Shown: positions 27,856 through 38,694, numbered from the stretch's first letter. The stretch is DNA of 64,000 bases from Minisyncoccota bacterium (GCA_041908795.1 JAYRER010000048.1:18413-82412); one strand, 5' to 3'. Program-made: numbers and translations. The notes: generated by a model from the sequence alone, not told the origin.

Positions 27856-28610
27856 GCCGGGTCGCCAAACTGCCGATCGCGGAAGATGGCATCGACGTCT
27901 TTCTTCACCGCCACCACCCCGATTTTGTTCGACCCTTGGGGGAAGAAGCGGAGGAAGAGCCGGTGCCACCATGCGCTCGACTTGTCGATGTACACCATTG
28001 TCTCTACCGCAAACCCATGCTCGTTAAGAAGCTGGCGGAGTGCCGAGGGGCCGTAGAAAATTTTGTGCTGGGGTTGAGAGAGGAGGTTCTTCTCCGCGCG
28101 ATAGCTCGCGAAGTTGTCCTTCGCTTCCTCGTAGGAGAGCTCCGGCACATCGCCCTGCGTGTTGCGCTTCTTGAGGTAGACCTGCGCGAGCGAGAGCATG
28201 TCATGGACATTGGGTGTATCGAGGATGAGCATGCCGCCCTCGCGAAGCACCCGCGCACACTCGCGGATGATGGTGCCCGGGTGCCAGCTGTGCTCGATAA
28301 CCTGCCCCATGTAGATGACATCGAAGCTCTTGTCTTTGAGAACTTTTGAGAGGTCATGGAGGTCACCTGTGAGCTGGTTCTTATACCCAAGCTCTTTCGC
28401 CAAGTTTTCGTTGAGGTCGAGTCCCCAGTACTCACCCCCCTGTGCCGTCACGAGCTCGCGGAGCCCGAGGTTGCTGTTGCCGTCACCGAGGTTGCCCACG
28501 TCGAGGAGCTTCACCTTCTTGCCGCGGAGCACGTGGGACACAAATGTGGTCCGCGAGCGGAACACCTTTGCGTCGTTGATGCGGGTGAATGTGTCGCGTG
28601 ATATTTTCAT
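27852..28610 (-). CDS. Class I SAM-dependent methyltransferase
   Basis: LLDVG, QVIEH, VLREGG, TPN. Confidence 0.85.
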   Translation of the reverse strand: MKISRDTFTRINDAKVFRSRTTFVSHVLRGKKVKLLDVGNLGDGNSNLGLRELVTAQGGEYWGLDLNENLAKELGYKNQLTGDLHDLSKVLKDKSFDVIYMGQVIEHSWHPGTIIRECARVLREGGMLILDTPNVHDMLSLAQVYLKKRNTQGDVPELSYEEAKDNFASYRAEKNLLSQPQHKIFYGPSALRQLLNEHGFAVETMVYIDKSSAWWHRLFLRFFPQGSNKIGVVAVKKDVDAIFRDRQFGDPA

Positions 28611-29689
28611 GCGGTTTTATTTTTTAGAAATGCCTCGATATGGTCCGCGATGCGCTGTGCGGTTTTCCCGTCCCAGAGCGGAATGGAAACCGTAGTGCGC
28701 GCAAGCGGGAGTATCGCTTGGTATGCGCTAAGTATAGAGTGCTTTGTGATACCCGCAACCGTATTGGTACCCATGGTAACGGTGGTGGGGCGTTCGGTCT
28801 CGGTGCGAAGCGTGAGGCACGGCACACCGAGGAACGAACTCTCCTCCTGTATACCCCCCGAGTCGGTGAGCACAAGCGCCGCGCTGTATTGGTACTCGAG
28901 CGACTCGCGGTAGGAGAGCGGCGGAAGGAGGGTGACGGCGGCTTTCAGTGTGTCCATGAGCCCGTGCGCGTGCGCCATCTTCTCGGTGCGCGGGTGGAGC
29001 GGCATGTAGATGCGCGCATCGCGGGAGAGTGTGGCGAGCGCGTCGAGGAGCTCGGAGAGCACCTCGCGCCGATCGACGTTCTCTGCGCGGTGGAGCGTTG
29101 CGAAGAAGTACCGCTCATTGCGCACGGTGAGCGTGGGGAGCGTTGCCGCGAGGAGGTCCATCATGATGTTGCCGACCACATGCACCTCGCCCGTCACCCG
29201 CTCCGCCGCAAGCCGCGCGACGTCTTCGTCGCAAACCGCGTAGAGGAGGTCTGCGAGGTGATCGGTCACCACGCGGTTTGCCTCCTCGGGCATCGCACGG
29301 TTGTAACTACGCAAACCCGCCTCAACGTGTGCGAGCGGTATGTGGAGCTTGCGTGCAACGAGCGCCCCCGCCAAGGTCGAGGTCACATCGCCGACCACAA
29401 CGACGAGAGACGGGCTGTTTGAGGCAAACTCATCGGCGAGCTTTTCTATAATTTCCGCAAGCTGGCGAACTTCGTCGCGCGCGTTGAGGGCGAACACCAC
29501 GTCGGGACGAATGCCGAACTCATCGAAGAACTGCGATGCCATACGCGCATCGTAGTGCTGGCCCGTATGGATAAGCTGTGCGGCAATGTGTCGCGTCGCA
29601 AGCGCGCGCATGAGCGGCGCCGCTTTCATGAAGTTGGGCCGTGCGCCAACGACGACCGCAACGTGACTTGGTTGTGCGTGTTGGCTCAT
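28607..29689 (-). CDS. wecB: UDP-N-acetylglucosamine 2-epimerase (non-hydrolysing)
   Basis: GARPNFMK, HTGQHYD, HVEAGLRS, TDSGGIQEE, TERP. Confidence 0.95.
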   Translation of the reverse strand: MSQHAQPSHVAVVVGARPNFMKAAPLMRALATRHIAAQLIHTGQHYDARMASQFFDEFGIRPDVVFALNARDEVRQLAEIIEKLADEFASNSPSLVVVVGDVTSTLAGALVARKLHIPLAHVEAGLRSYNRAMPEEANRVVTDHLADLLYAVCDEDVARLAAERVTGEVHVVGNIMMDLLAATLPTLTVRNERYFFATLHRAENVDRREVLSELLDALATLSRDARIYMPLHPRTEKMAHAHGLMDTLKAAVTLLPPLSYRESLEYQYSAALVLTDSGGIQEESSFLGVPCLTLRTETERPTTVTMGTNTVAGITKHSILSAYQAILPLARTTVSIPLWDGKTAQRIADHIEAFLKNKTA

Positions 29690-30696
29690 GTGCCGCGTCG
29701 GATGTACTCGCTCATGGTGCGTATCAGCTCTTCCATAGAGTGCTTCGTGGTGACAAGGGTGCGTAGCTCACCTTCCGGCATTTTTTTCCAGACACCCTCC
29801 CGTATGAACTTCGCAATTTCCTCCGGCTCTTCGCTTGCGGGTGCAAGCGAAAGACCGATAGACCGCGCATTGTTGGGTGCGACCACGGGAAAGATGCCGA
29901 AGAGCATTCCCTCGAGCATGGTCTTGTCGATGGTGTCCTTAGCCATGTTGACCATGAGGCGGTAGCGGGGGTACACCGTCTTAAGCTCCGCCATGGGAAG
30001 CGGGCCCTTGAACATGACGCGCGCTGTGAGGCCCTCGCGGGTAACCAGCTCGTGGAGCTCGGCAACGTAGTCCCGCTCCACCTCGCGGCCATAGACGGTG
30101 AGCGTGTACGTGTCGGGCAGGTGTGTGAGCGCGCGAATGCACAGCTCGAGCCGCTTGCTTCTGCAGAGGCGGTGCACCGCAAGGAGGTGCGTCTCCGGCT
30201 CGCGCGTGCCATCCGGCGTGATGCCCTCGCTCCAGAACGCTACGTCAATGCCGTGGCGCGTCACCACCTTTTTCGGATTCCCCTCAAACTGGGGGAGGCT
30301 CTCCGGTGTCGCCGCGAACATGCGCCGAGCGATGCGCGCGGCGATGCGCGTGTGGAGCGGGAGCGTGTAGTGGGTGTACCAGAGGTACGTCGGAATATCA
30401 AGGAGCCACCACCACCAGCCGCCGACGGTGTAGTACTCGCTGTTCATGTGCACGAAAACACGATCGTAGCGGAGCGTCATGATGAGGCGCAAGAATCGGA
30501 AGGTGCGTCGCAGTCGCCCGTACCCCCGCTCTTTCCCGAGCGAGTGCACGGGAAACGAGTCGTCAAACGTACCCCGCAGAAGGCAAATGGCCTCGACCTC
30601 GAAGCCTTGGCGCATGAACTCCTTCGCCCAAAGAATAATCGAAGCGAGGTCGTCATCAGTGTCGTTGATTTTCTGTGTAATGATGAGCAAACGCAT
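29686..30696 (-). CDS. Glycosyltransferase family 4
   Basis: MRLLIITQK, HRLCRSK, DKTMLEGM. Confidence 0.85.
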   Translation of the reverse strand: MRLLIITQKINDTDDDLASIILWAKEFMRQGFEVEAICLLRGTFDDSFPVHSLGKERGYGRLRRTFRFLRLIMTLRYDRVFVHMNSEYYTVGGWWWWLLDIPTYLWYTHYTLPLHTRIAARIARRMFAATPESLPQFEGNPKKVVTRHGIDVAFWSEGITPDGTREPETHLLAVHRLCRSKRLELCIRALTHLPDTYTLTVYGREVERDYVAELHELVTREGLTARVMFKGPLPMAELKTVYPRYRLMVNMAKDTIDKTMLEGMLFGIFPVVAPNNARSIGLSLAPASEEPEEIAKFIREGVWKKMPEGELRTLVTTKHSMEELIRTMSEYIRRGT

Positions 30697-30770
30697 GGCC
30701 ATAGGGTACCACACCTTGCGACTTCCTGTGAGTTGCGCAGTACCTTGCCCAGCACGTACAATGGCGAAAT

Positions 30771-31670
30771 ATGCAACAAAATACTTCACAACTTTCGGAA
30801 CAAATCAAAGACTACAACGGTCGGGATTACCGTACCGTATGGCAGAAGCCCCACGCGGCGTTTGAGGACCGGTTCGAGGGCGGGCTCACGAAGCGACTCT
30901 TGACCGATGCGCCCGGATGGTTCATCGACATCGGCGGCGGGTATGGTCGCGTCTACCCCCTCTACAAGCGCGAAGGCAGGAAATCGGTCATCGTGGACTA
31001 CGCGATGAATTTGCTCGAGATGGCGGCCACGAGCCACGGCAAAGACAAGGACGCGTACTTCGTGGCGGCAAACGCCTACCACATGCCGTTCAAAGACGCC
31101 GTGTTTAGTGGCGGGGTAAGCATACGCACGCTCCACCACATGAACAAGCCGGAGACGTTCCTTAATGAATGCGGGCGCATCACCCGCGCGGGGGGCCGCG
31201 TGTGCATGGAGTATGCCAACAAGGGCAACATCGCGCGCCTCTTCAAGCGGGGTTTTCGTGCGCTCAAGAAAGACCACGAGCACTATGGCGATATGCACTT
31301 TGGGACCCACCCCGACTACTATGCAACGCTCGCACATGACGCAGGGTTTACCGTGGAGCGCAACCTCGGTACCGGCTTCATGCCGCGCTACATAAAGTAC
31401 GGTTTTCCGATTGGCGTACTTGCATTCAAGGAGCGCATGCTCGACGCATTCTTCGGCCCGCGCCGCCTCGCCCCTCTCATGTTCACCGACCTCAAGAAGC
31501 GAAAAGGAGAGAAGGACGAATCGCCGGTGGGCGACACCCTCCTCGACATACTCGCATGCCCCGCTTGCAGGGGTATACTCGAACCGATTGCACAGGGACT
31601 CCATTGTACCTCCTGTAAGCGCATCTACCCTAAGGTGGGTATGGTGTACGACCTGCGCTACACACCCTAA
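30771..31670 (+). CDS. SAM methyltransferase with C-terminal Trm112-like zinc-ribbon domain
   Basis: IDIGGGYGR; C-terminus LLDILACPACRG...CTSCKRIYP. Confidence 0.82.
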   Translation: MQQNTSQLSEQIKDYNGRDYRTVWQKPHAAFEDRFEGGLTKRLLTDAPGWFIDIGGGYGRVYPLYKREGRKSVIVDYAMNLLEMAATSHGKDKDAYFVAANAYHMPFKDAVFSGGVSIRTLHHMNKPETFLNECGRITRAGGRVCMEYANKGNIARLFKRGFRALKKDHEHYGDMHFGTHPDYYATLAHDAGFTVERNLGTGFMPRYIKYGFPIGVLAFKERMLDAFFGPRRLAPLMFTDLKKRKGEKDESPVGDTLLDILACPACRGILEPIAQGLHCTSCKRIYPKVGMVYDLRYTP

Positions 31671-32510
31671 ATGACGGGCCTCTCACTCTTGGTGCGCAAT
31701 GGTGCGATACGTGCATGCGCTCCGTTTGCGCGCGTGGGCCTACGCAAGCCCCTGCGGCGCATCATTTCACTCCACGACATTCCACCCGACCACCACGATG
31801 CATTTCGTGCGAAGATGCTTTGGCTCTCGGAGTGGGCGCACGTGGTGTCGCTCGCCGACCTCTTCAACATGCGCGGGCTCGTCACGGATCGCATCAATGT
31901 GGCGCTCACCTTTGACGACGGTTTCAAGGAGTATGCGGGAGTGGTGGCGAGCACGCTTCGAGGGTTACACGTGCCCGCGACGTTTTTTGTGCCGAGCGGC
32001 GCCATCGGACTTACCGATGGGGCGGCACTGCGCTTCGCGCGTGAGCGACTCAAGCGTACCCGTGGCACCTTCGCGTTCATGAGTAAAGACGAAGTGGTGG
32101 AGCTCGCCCGCGACCCGCTCTTTTCGATAGGCGGACACTCGATGCACCACGCTGACCTCCGCACACTTACCGCGGAGCGACTCGACGAAGAAATTGCTGG
32201 AGACAAGATCGCACTTGAAACCCTCACAGGCACTTCGGCGCGCTTTTTTGCGTACTCGTTCGGTGGGCTCGCGAACGTGAGCATGAAGAGCATGCGCGCG
32301 GTCGAGCGCGCCGGGTACGAGGCCGCCTTCACCATCGTACCGTCGTTCTGGACACCCACGTCGCACCCCTACCTTGTGGGTCGCGACTCGCTCTCGGTTA
32401 CCGACAACGTAGCGCTCTGGCGTGCGTGGCTCATGGGAGGGTACGATGTTTTGTCTCGCTTAAAAAATTCGAGTGACCTTCGACGTGTTATGACTGAACA
32501 ACACATTTAG
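31671..32510 (+). CDS. Polysaccharide deacetylase (NodB/CE4)
   Basis: TFDDG, GHSMHH, FAYSFG. Confidence 0.88.
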   Translation: MTGLSLLVRNGAIRACAPFARVGLRKPLRRIISLHDIPPDHHDAFRAKMLWLSEWAHVVSLADLFNMRGLVTDRINVALTFDDGFKEYAGVVASTLRGLHVPATFFVPSGAIGLTDGAALRFARERLKRTRGTFAFMSKDEVVELARDPLFSIGGHSMHHADLRTLTAERLDEEIAGDKIALETLTGTSARFFAYSFGGLANVSMKSMRAVERAGYEAAFTIVPSFWTPTSHPYLVGRDSLSVTDNVALWRAWLMGGYDVLSRLKNSSDLRRVMTEQHI

Positions 32511-32543
32511 CACCGATGTGCCATTCGAAGTAGTATATTTGGC

Positions 32544-33455
32544 ATGGGGGTATTTATGTTTTCATTATTGAGCGGTTTACTTGATGCCCTCTCGCGTGTA
32601 CCCGTGCGAACGACAAAGTTACATGCACTGGTGTTAGTTGCGGTTGGTCTTACCATACCTCTCCCCCTCTATCTTCTGTTGTTGGTACTACAGGGAGTCC
32701 CGAATGTGGTGTCCAGTTTTTGGTTCTATCTTGCGTGGCACGTGCCCCTCATGGTGACGGCTCAATGGTTTCTTGTTATTGGGCATCGCAGAATGGAACT
32801 TTCACGCGCGGCGCCATACCTTGCGCTTACACCACTGTTTATGTTAGTTACCTCAAGCATACTTGTTGGTGTGACACCCACCATTGCAGGATATGTCGGA
32901 GTAGCACTCATCCCACTGGGAATCCTTGTACTCGAACTAAAGAAAACTGAGCGTGGGTGGTTACTTTTTAGTGCGGACAAAGGCGCACTCTACTTTATTG
33001 CGGTCGCCTTAATTTACAGTATAACGGCAAATTTAGACAAGTTAGCGATAGATGCATCGTCAGTTGCTTTCTATCTGCTAATAGATCACACCCTTATTGC
33101 TCTGTGTTCCCTGCTACTCTTTTTTACATTATCCTACTTTCCAGCTTCGGCCATCGAAACTCGGGACATTATGCACACTATCAAACAAGAACGGGTGCTG
33201 GTGGGCGCGTACGGGATACTGTTCGGTGTTTCTGTGATTGTTCACATGTACGCACTTACGCTTACCGAGCATCCGGAATATGTGATTGCTCTAAAGCGCG
33301 CAGGCACCATTGGCTTTGCGACACTTTCTTCCCTAGTGTTTCTAAGCTTTACACATCAGCAAGAAGAGAAGTGGGAGGATTTTCCAAAAAAAATTTGTGC
33401 TGGGTTGCTCGCGGGAATCGGTGTGGTTCTAATTGTTGTGTACGGTACACCCTGA
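32544..33455 (+). CDS. EamA/DMT-family transporter
   Basis: About 10 TM; ELSRAAPYLALTPLF and YVIALKR. Confidence 0.8.
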   Translation: MGVFMFSLLSGLLDALSRVPVRTTKLHALVLVAVGLTIPLPLYLLLLVLQGVPNVVSSFWFYLAWHVPLMVTAQWFLVIGHRRMELSRAAPYLALTPLFMLVTSSILVGVTPTIAGYVGVALIPLGILVLELKKTERGWLLFSADKGALYFIAVALIYSITANLDKLAIDASSVAFYLLIDHTLIALCSLLLFFTLSYFPASAIETRDIMHTIKQERVLVGAYGILFGVSVIVHMYALTLTEHPEYVIALKRAGTIGFATLSSLVFLSFTHQQEEKWEDFPKKICAGLLAGIGVVLIVVYGTP

Positions 33456-33479
33456 TTGATAAGCGTTCCGCGTAGCGTG

Positions 33480-34169
33480 TTATGACACACGACCCATGTT
33501 TGTATACAGTACATGTTCCGCGCGGACGATATCGTCCGGCCTTCCAATGGGAAGCCAGAGGTCCTGCACCTCTACACGCACGGGCACGTCCCGTGCCAAG
33601 AGTGTGACGAGGTCGGTGAGGTAGAGCTCACCACCGTGGAGCGGTGCATTGTAGGAAAAAATTCGCTCGTCGAGCACCATGACGCCCGTTGAGATGAGGT
33701 TCGTGCTCGGGTGCATTGGCTTCTCCTCGATACCTAGGAGCGAGCCATCGCTCGTTAGCTTGAGCACACCAAAATCCTGCGGATGGTCGGTAGTTGCCGC
33801 GAGGAGGCCAAGCGGGTGGCGGAAGAGCCGCGCAAGCGCGGGCGCACCGTGGATGTCGTCCGCGTTCATAACGAGAAAGCGTCCGGTGAGAATGCTCTGC
33901 GCACTCTTGAGCGCCCCGCCGGTACCATGCGGGAGAAGCTGAGGCACGTACCGTATCCGCCGCCCTTTGTGCTCACCGCCCACGTACTCCTCAATGCGCT
34001 CACGCAGGTACTCCACCACCAGCACCACTTCATGTACCTCCTCGGGAAGCGCCTCAAGCACGTGCTCGATGATGGGTTTTCCGAGCACCCGCACCATCGG
34101 CTTGGGCACCGTGTCGGTTAACGGCCGAAGCCGCACTCCCTTCCCCGCCGCAAAAATAACGCACTGCAT
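33480..34169 (-). CDS. Sugar-phosphate nucleotidyltransferase
   Basis: AAGKGVRLRPLT...PKPM, GTGGAL, EEKP, ELYLTD. Confidence 0.92.
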   Translation of the reverse strand: MQCVIFAAGKGVRLRPLTDTVPKPMVRVLGKPIIEHVLEALPEEVHEVVLVVEYLRERIEEYVGGEHKGRRIRYVPQLLPHGTGGALKSAQSILTGRFLVMNADDIHGAPALARLFRHPLGLLAATTDHPQDFGVLKLTSDGSLLGIEEKPMHPSTNLISTGVMVLDERIFSYNAPLHGGELYLTDLVTLLARDVPVRVEVQDLWLPIGRPDDIVRAEHVLYTNMGRVS

Positions 34170-34234
34170 GGGAAAAGTGTACGTGGGACGGACCGAGCGT
34201 CAAGCGATCAATTCCGCTAGACCACTAAAGTAGT

Positions 34235-34264
34235 CAAATCAACTCAAATCAACTTAGTTGATTT
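34235..34264. repeat. AAATCAACT-T-AGTTGATTT palindrome preceded by a direct half-copy
   Basis: Read directly; just after the stop of the 34272-35225 gene. Confidence 0.7.
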
Positions 34265-34271
34265 ATTTTTG

Positions 34272-35225
34272 CTACACCTTGTGATACTCACGATACCAGC
34301 GCACGAAATTCTTCACCCCCTCTTCCACGCGCACTCTCGGCTCGAAGCCGAGAGTGCGCCGAGCCTTTGAAATATCCGCATAGGTTTCGAGTACGTCGCC
34401 TGGCTGAAGTGGCTTTTCTATGACGTTCGCTTTCTTCCCAATCTCTCGCTCTATAATTCGTACAAATTCTCGCAGATGCACCGGTGACCCGGTACCCAAA
34501 TTAAATATTTCAAATCCCTGAGGTCGCACATCGAGCGCTCGCATAAACCCCTCAACAATATCTTCAACGTACGTGAAATCTCGCTTCATGTCTCCACTGT
34601 TGTAAAGCTCAATCGACTCACCGGAAAGCATCGCTTTTGTAAACTTAAACAGTGCCATATCTGGGCGCCCCCATGGTCCGTAGACACTAAAGAAACGGAG
34701 CATCGTGATGTTCATGCCAAACAGGTCCTTGTATGAAAACGAGAGAAGTTCCACAGCTCGCTTTGATGCGGCATATATTGACATAGGGGTATCCACACGT
34801 GTCTCCTCAGAAAAGGGCATCTCAAGGTTTTTTCCATACACTGAGCTCGTTGAAGCCATTACAATGTGTGGTGTCTTATACCATCGAGCAAGCTCCAAAA
34901 TATTGAGCGAACCCACATAATTACTGGAGGCGTACACGAATGGGTTTTCCAACGAGTACCGCACACCGGCTTGAGCGGCGAGATGAGCAACCGCGTCAAA
35001 CGGACCATACTGTACCCACACTCGTTCAAGGCTAGCTCGATCGCTTATATCGACACATTCAAAGTGCGCGTCGGGTACTATCCTTTGCACTCGAGCCAGC
35101 TTCAACTGTGGGTCATAGTAGCCGTTGAGGTTATCTACGACGACCACACGATGACCCTCGCGTAGGAGACGTAGCGCAAGGGTATTGCCGATGAAGCCGG
35201 CACCTCCGGTAACAAGTAGTTTCAT
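34272..35225 (-). CDS. UDP-glucuronate 4-epimerase-like NAD-dependent epimerase (CapI type)
   Basis: GGAGFIG, AAQAGVRYSLENP, YGPWGRPDMA. Confidence 0.92.
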   Translation of the reverse strand: MKLLVTGGAGFIGNTLALRLLREGHRVVVVDNLNGYYDPQLKLARVQRIVPDAHFECVDISDRASLERVWVQYGPFDAVAHLAAQAGVRYSLENPFVYASSNYVGSLNILELARWYKTPHIVMASTSSVYGKNLEMPFSEETRVDTPMSIYAASKRAVELLSFSYKDLFGMNITMLRFFSVYGPWGRPDMALFKFTKAMLSGESIELYNSGDMKRDFTYVEDIVEGFMRALDVRPQGFEIFNLGTGSPVHLREFVRIIEREIGKKANVIEKPLQPGDVLETYADISKARRTLGFEPRVRVEEGVKNFVRWYREYHKV

Positions 35226-35336
35226 GTGACAGTGTTATACCACATGAAACTATTTTTGTCTCTTTGACAAATGTAACTAGTTTGTGTTATTGTCCGTACT
35301 GGCATATTCTCTGACCCTAGGTGAAGGAGCGCGACA

Positions 35337-36113
35337 GTGGAAATAGTGGTGATGTACCCGGCGTACTCGCAAGGAGTCATCCAAGACGACTTTTTGCTCA
35401 AGTTGCTACGTCATTTTAAAGAACCGAGCACAGAACCGAACACGTATCACATCGTACCCATCCTTAATGGGATGACAGAGGAGGATTACGAACGTTCTTT
35501 GAGCCAGTACAAGCAGACTGACTCAACTTTCGGAATCAAGGTGCACCCCTTGTATGCCGGAAAAACGACGGGTCTTTTTGGTACCTTGCTCTACGGATAT
35601 GGAGCGGTCGCAAAAACATACCCGAACGCAACAACTGTCCGAATGGATAACGCTGAACATTCCATTGCTGCCATCCCTGAATTGGCGACACCCGCAAGGG
35701 AAACGGGCGGAATGGTCGTTGGAGATCTCTGTTTCGACGATACGACCCTCCTGCCCAATACACCGGACTGGTACGCTCATGAAATAGTGTGGCCGGGCAT
35801 CGCTCATATGGTGAGCCCCACATCGCAACTACCCCTTTCGTGTGCGCATGGATTCCAAGCATTTGGCCCTCGAGTCCTTTCAAAAATCTTTGTTCGACTC
35901 AACCAAATGATTGAGTACATGTCCCTACGAGGCCCTCAACCAAAGTGGGGACTCGACTTTGGGATGGTGTGCTCCGCACTATTGGCGAACGTACCGGTTA
36001 ACATCTATCCGGTAAGGGCCGAATCACTTCGCAATAGGGATCTTGGGAAAATTGCCGACCAGCTTTCTGCTGCGGCGACGTGGGTCAGCGCCTACGCACA
36101 CATCAGGAAATAA
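35337..36113 (+). CDS. Hypothetical protein, probably a highly divergent GT2 (GT-A fold)
   Basis: IVVMYPAY, VRMDNAEH, HGFQAF, WGLD echo DPM-synthase-like motifs; TTGACA upstream and AAGGAG SD before the GTG. Confidence 0.6.
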   Translation: MEIVVMYPAYSQGVIQDDFLLKLLRHFKEPSTEPNTYHIVPILNGMTEEDYERSLSQYKQTDSTFGIKVHPLYAGKTTGLFGTLLYGYGAVAKTYPNATTVRMDNAEHSIAAIPELATPARETGGMVVGDLCFDDTTLLPNTPDWYAHEIVWPGIAHMVSPTSQLPLSCAHGFQAFGPRVLSKIFVRLNQMIEYMSLRGPQPKWGLDFGMVCSALLANVPVNIYPVRAESLRNRDLGKIADQLSAAATWVSAYAHIRK

Positions 36114-36128
36114 TTTCGATATCAACTT

Positions 36129-36162
36129 AACCGCCATGGCAACGTGGCGGTTGTTCTTTTTT
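36129..36162 (+). terminator. Intrinsic terminator
   Basis: AACCGCCATG-GCAA-CGTGGCGGTT followed by a T-tract. Confidence 0.75.
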
Positions 36163-36178
36163 GTAAACACAGAGTCAT

Positions 36179-37270
36179 CTACTTTGTTTCTTCGAGCTTC
36201 TTTGTGACATACTCGTACCTACCTTTGGGGTACTTGAATGCAGAGATTGAGTCGGAAGAGTATTTGTAGTGGTACATACTTGAAATTTTTGACCCGTCCA
36301 TCACAATCGGGTACGCGTAGTAGCGCCACACACCGGGACCGTTGGGAATCACGCCGCGCGAGAGGTGCCAAAATGTGAAGAATGCGACACGAACCATCCA
36401 CGCGGGAAGCGGCAGTACTCGCTTCCCCACAATTTCCGCCATCGTCTTTGCATAGACCGGCTCACCGGGAGGTGTGATGTTAAACACTTCGTAGTCATGT
36501 TTCACGCTGGGATCGAACGCGAGGAGGGAGACAATATTAACTACATCATCTTCATGAATAAACTGACGCACCCATAGACGAGTCGAGGGAACAAAAGAAA
36601 CAAGCAGAGTCACCAGACGGTAAAAGATATTTCCCTTGAGCTCACCCGCAAGCGCCGCTTGTAGTCCGAATCGAATACGCGCATACCGTCCACGAGGTCC
36701 AGTAATCGCCGCGGGGCGGACAACAGAAACAACGGGGGTATGGCCTCCATTCTTCATTCCCTTCTCGTACATAGAAGCAAGCTCGCGTTCCGATTCTATC
36801 TTTTCAACCGCATAGCTGTACACCTTTTCTCGCATTGGCTCCTCTTCTCTGAAGTGATGCTCGAAAGAGTTGGTCGCATACGCACCGTACACCGCTGCGG
36901 TGGAGAAGTGGATCAGTCGGGCGACATGCGGCGCCCCAAACGCATAGGAAAATATCTCTCTTGACCCATCAACATTCCACTTCCACCCGAGCGCGCGGTT
37001 CCCATAGAACTCTCGTATTTGCCACGCACAGTGCACCACCACATCGGGCACATACTTTTCAACCAAGGCGCGCCATGCTTCCGGGTCTGATGTATTCGCC
37101 TGCACCCATATGAGTTTAGAATGATTAGCCAACTCATTGGGCCGGGCTTCCTTATCAAGCCCAATAACCAACGAGACATCTTCACGCGCAACCCACTGAT
37201 CACAGAGCATTCCGCCCACGTAACCCGCCGCACCTGTGACCACTACTACATGCCCAGTAGCTTCCCTCAT
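36179..37270 (-). CDS. NAD-dependent epimerase/SDR
   Basis: TGAAGYVG, STAAVYG, YAVEK. Confidence 0.85.
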   Translation of the reverse strand: MREATGHVVVVTGAAGYVGGMLCDQWVAREDVSLVIGLDKEARPNELANHSKLIWVQANTSDPEAWRALVEKYVPDVVVHCAWQIREFYGNRALGWKWNVDGSREIFSYAFGAPHVARLIHFSTAAVYGAYATNSFEHHFREEEPMREKVYSYAVEKIESERELASMYEKGMKNGGHTPVVSVVRPAAITGPRGRYARIRFGLQAALAGELKGNIFYRLVTLLVSFVPSTRLWVRQFIHEDDVVNIVSLLAFDPSVKHDYEVFNITPPGEPVYAKTMAEIVGKRVLPLPAWMVRVAFFTFWHLSRGVIPNGPGVWRYYAYPIVMDGSKISSMYHYKYSSDSISAFKYPKGRYEYVTKKLEETK

Positions 37271-37275
37271 GCTCG

Positions 37276-38652
37276 CTATCCTACTCTAAAATGCGCCGCC
37301 ACGCGAACAAGTAGCGTTTTGATAGTCCGAAAAATTATCGCAAGGTCGAGCAACATGCTTCTATTCTTCACGTAGTAAAGATCATAGGCGAGTCGCACCT
37401 TACTCTCCTCAATAGATTGGGGGCTTATATGACCCGACAAGTACTGCTGATGGGTTTGTGCCCAGCCGGTGATTCCCGGTGGCACGGCATACCGTGCACG
37501 ATAAAAGGGAACGTGCTCAAGCAAGCGAACACCCAAACTCTCGATATCATTACGCGGACCGATTAGTGACATATTCCCCCAAAGAATGTTCCAAAGTTGT
37601 GGTAGCTCGTCCAGACTTGTAAAACGTAGGAAGCGTCCTACACGCGTCACCTTGTTTGAACCTTCCCCTTGCCAGTATCCTTTGTCGTTTTCAGACATTG
37701 TTCTTAATTTGTAGACCTTTAATACCTTCCCGTTCTCACCAAGCCTACGTTGCGATATAAATACCGACCCTCCATCGTCCAGTTTAATCATAATCATGAC
37801 TAGCGGGAGACACAATATGAAGAGCACCCCAAGCGGAACAGAGAGCATGATATCCGCACAACGCTTCGCCACTCGATACAGTCCGTCACTCGAAGAGGTG
37901 AGGTGTTGGAGAAACCACTCAAAACGAAGCGCGGAGAGCGGTACGCGATCAAACAATTCCTCGTATGCGGACTCGAAATCTATAAACGTGAGCCGCCGAG
38001 TACCAAACGAGTACTCCACAAGTGCTGCAATGAGATTGGCAAGCTTAGGGGTATACGGACTCGCTACAATAATGCTAATATCCTGATTCTTTACAACCTC
38101 GAGCGTTCGAGCAACGAAGTCCGGTGTCCTTTCAACCAAAGCGTAATCAACAATACGCACAAACTCATACTCGTACCGATAGTTGCCGTTTACCTCCCGA
38201 ACAAGCTCTTCTGCCTCCTGCCCCTCAGCAAGCAGGAGTGCCTTATACCTTTTCCGTGGGCGAAAGTGTGGGAAGAGTGTGAGACGCCACGCAACCATGA
38301 GAAGCGAGGAGACTCCGAGGTAAATGAGGAGATTGGTTTTGGGAGCAATGGGAAAAATTGGCAACAAGAAAAAAAGTGCCGCGGCACACAGCACATTTAT
38401 TGTTTGTGCGGTGAAAATGCGTCCAGGGAGACGTCGTTGGAGAATGACCGTATGCTTATCGTACAATCCTGCGATGAAGTATACTGCGAGCCAAACAGCG
38501 GAGAGAAAGGTGAATGCCGGAAGGTGATCCTCCAGTCGCACACGAGTGGGAAGCTCAAAATATCGCACAAACAGTGTGATATAAAGCGCCACAAGAAAAA
38601 ACGTAAGGTCTCCCAGCACAAGTATGAATAGTTCTCTCCGTCGTACATGCAT
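37276..38652 (-). CDS. Priming polyprenyl glycosylphosphotransferase (WbaP/WcaJ family)
   Basis: [34 protein letters not shown]; N-terminal TMs. Confidence 0.93.
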   Translation of the reverse strand: MHVRRRELFILVLGDLTFFLVALYITLFVRYFELPTRVRLEDHLPAFTFLSAVWLAVYFIAGLYDKHTVILQRRLPGRIFTAQTINVLCAAALFFLLPIFPIAPKTNLLIYLGVSSLLMVAWRLTLFPHFRPRKRYKALLLAEGQEAEELVREVNGNYRYEYEFVRIVDYALVERTPDFVARTLEVVKNQDISIIVASPYTPKLANLIAALVEYSFGTRRLTFIDFESAYEELFDRVPLSALRFEWFLQHLTSSSDGLYRVAKRCADIMLSVPLGVLFILCLPLVMIMIKLDDGGSVFISQRRLGENGKVLKVYKLRTMSENDKGYWQGEGSNKVTRVGRFLRFTSLDELPQLWNILWGNMSLIGPRNDIESLGVRLLEHVPFYRARYAVPPGITGWAQTHQQYLSGHISPQSIEESKVRLAYDLYYVKNRSMLLDLAIIFRTIKTLLVRVAAHFRVG

Positions 38653-38694
38653 AGTGGAAATAGGTACTTGCTAGTGTATAGTATCGTTGTGCAT

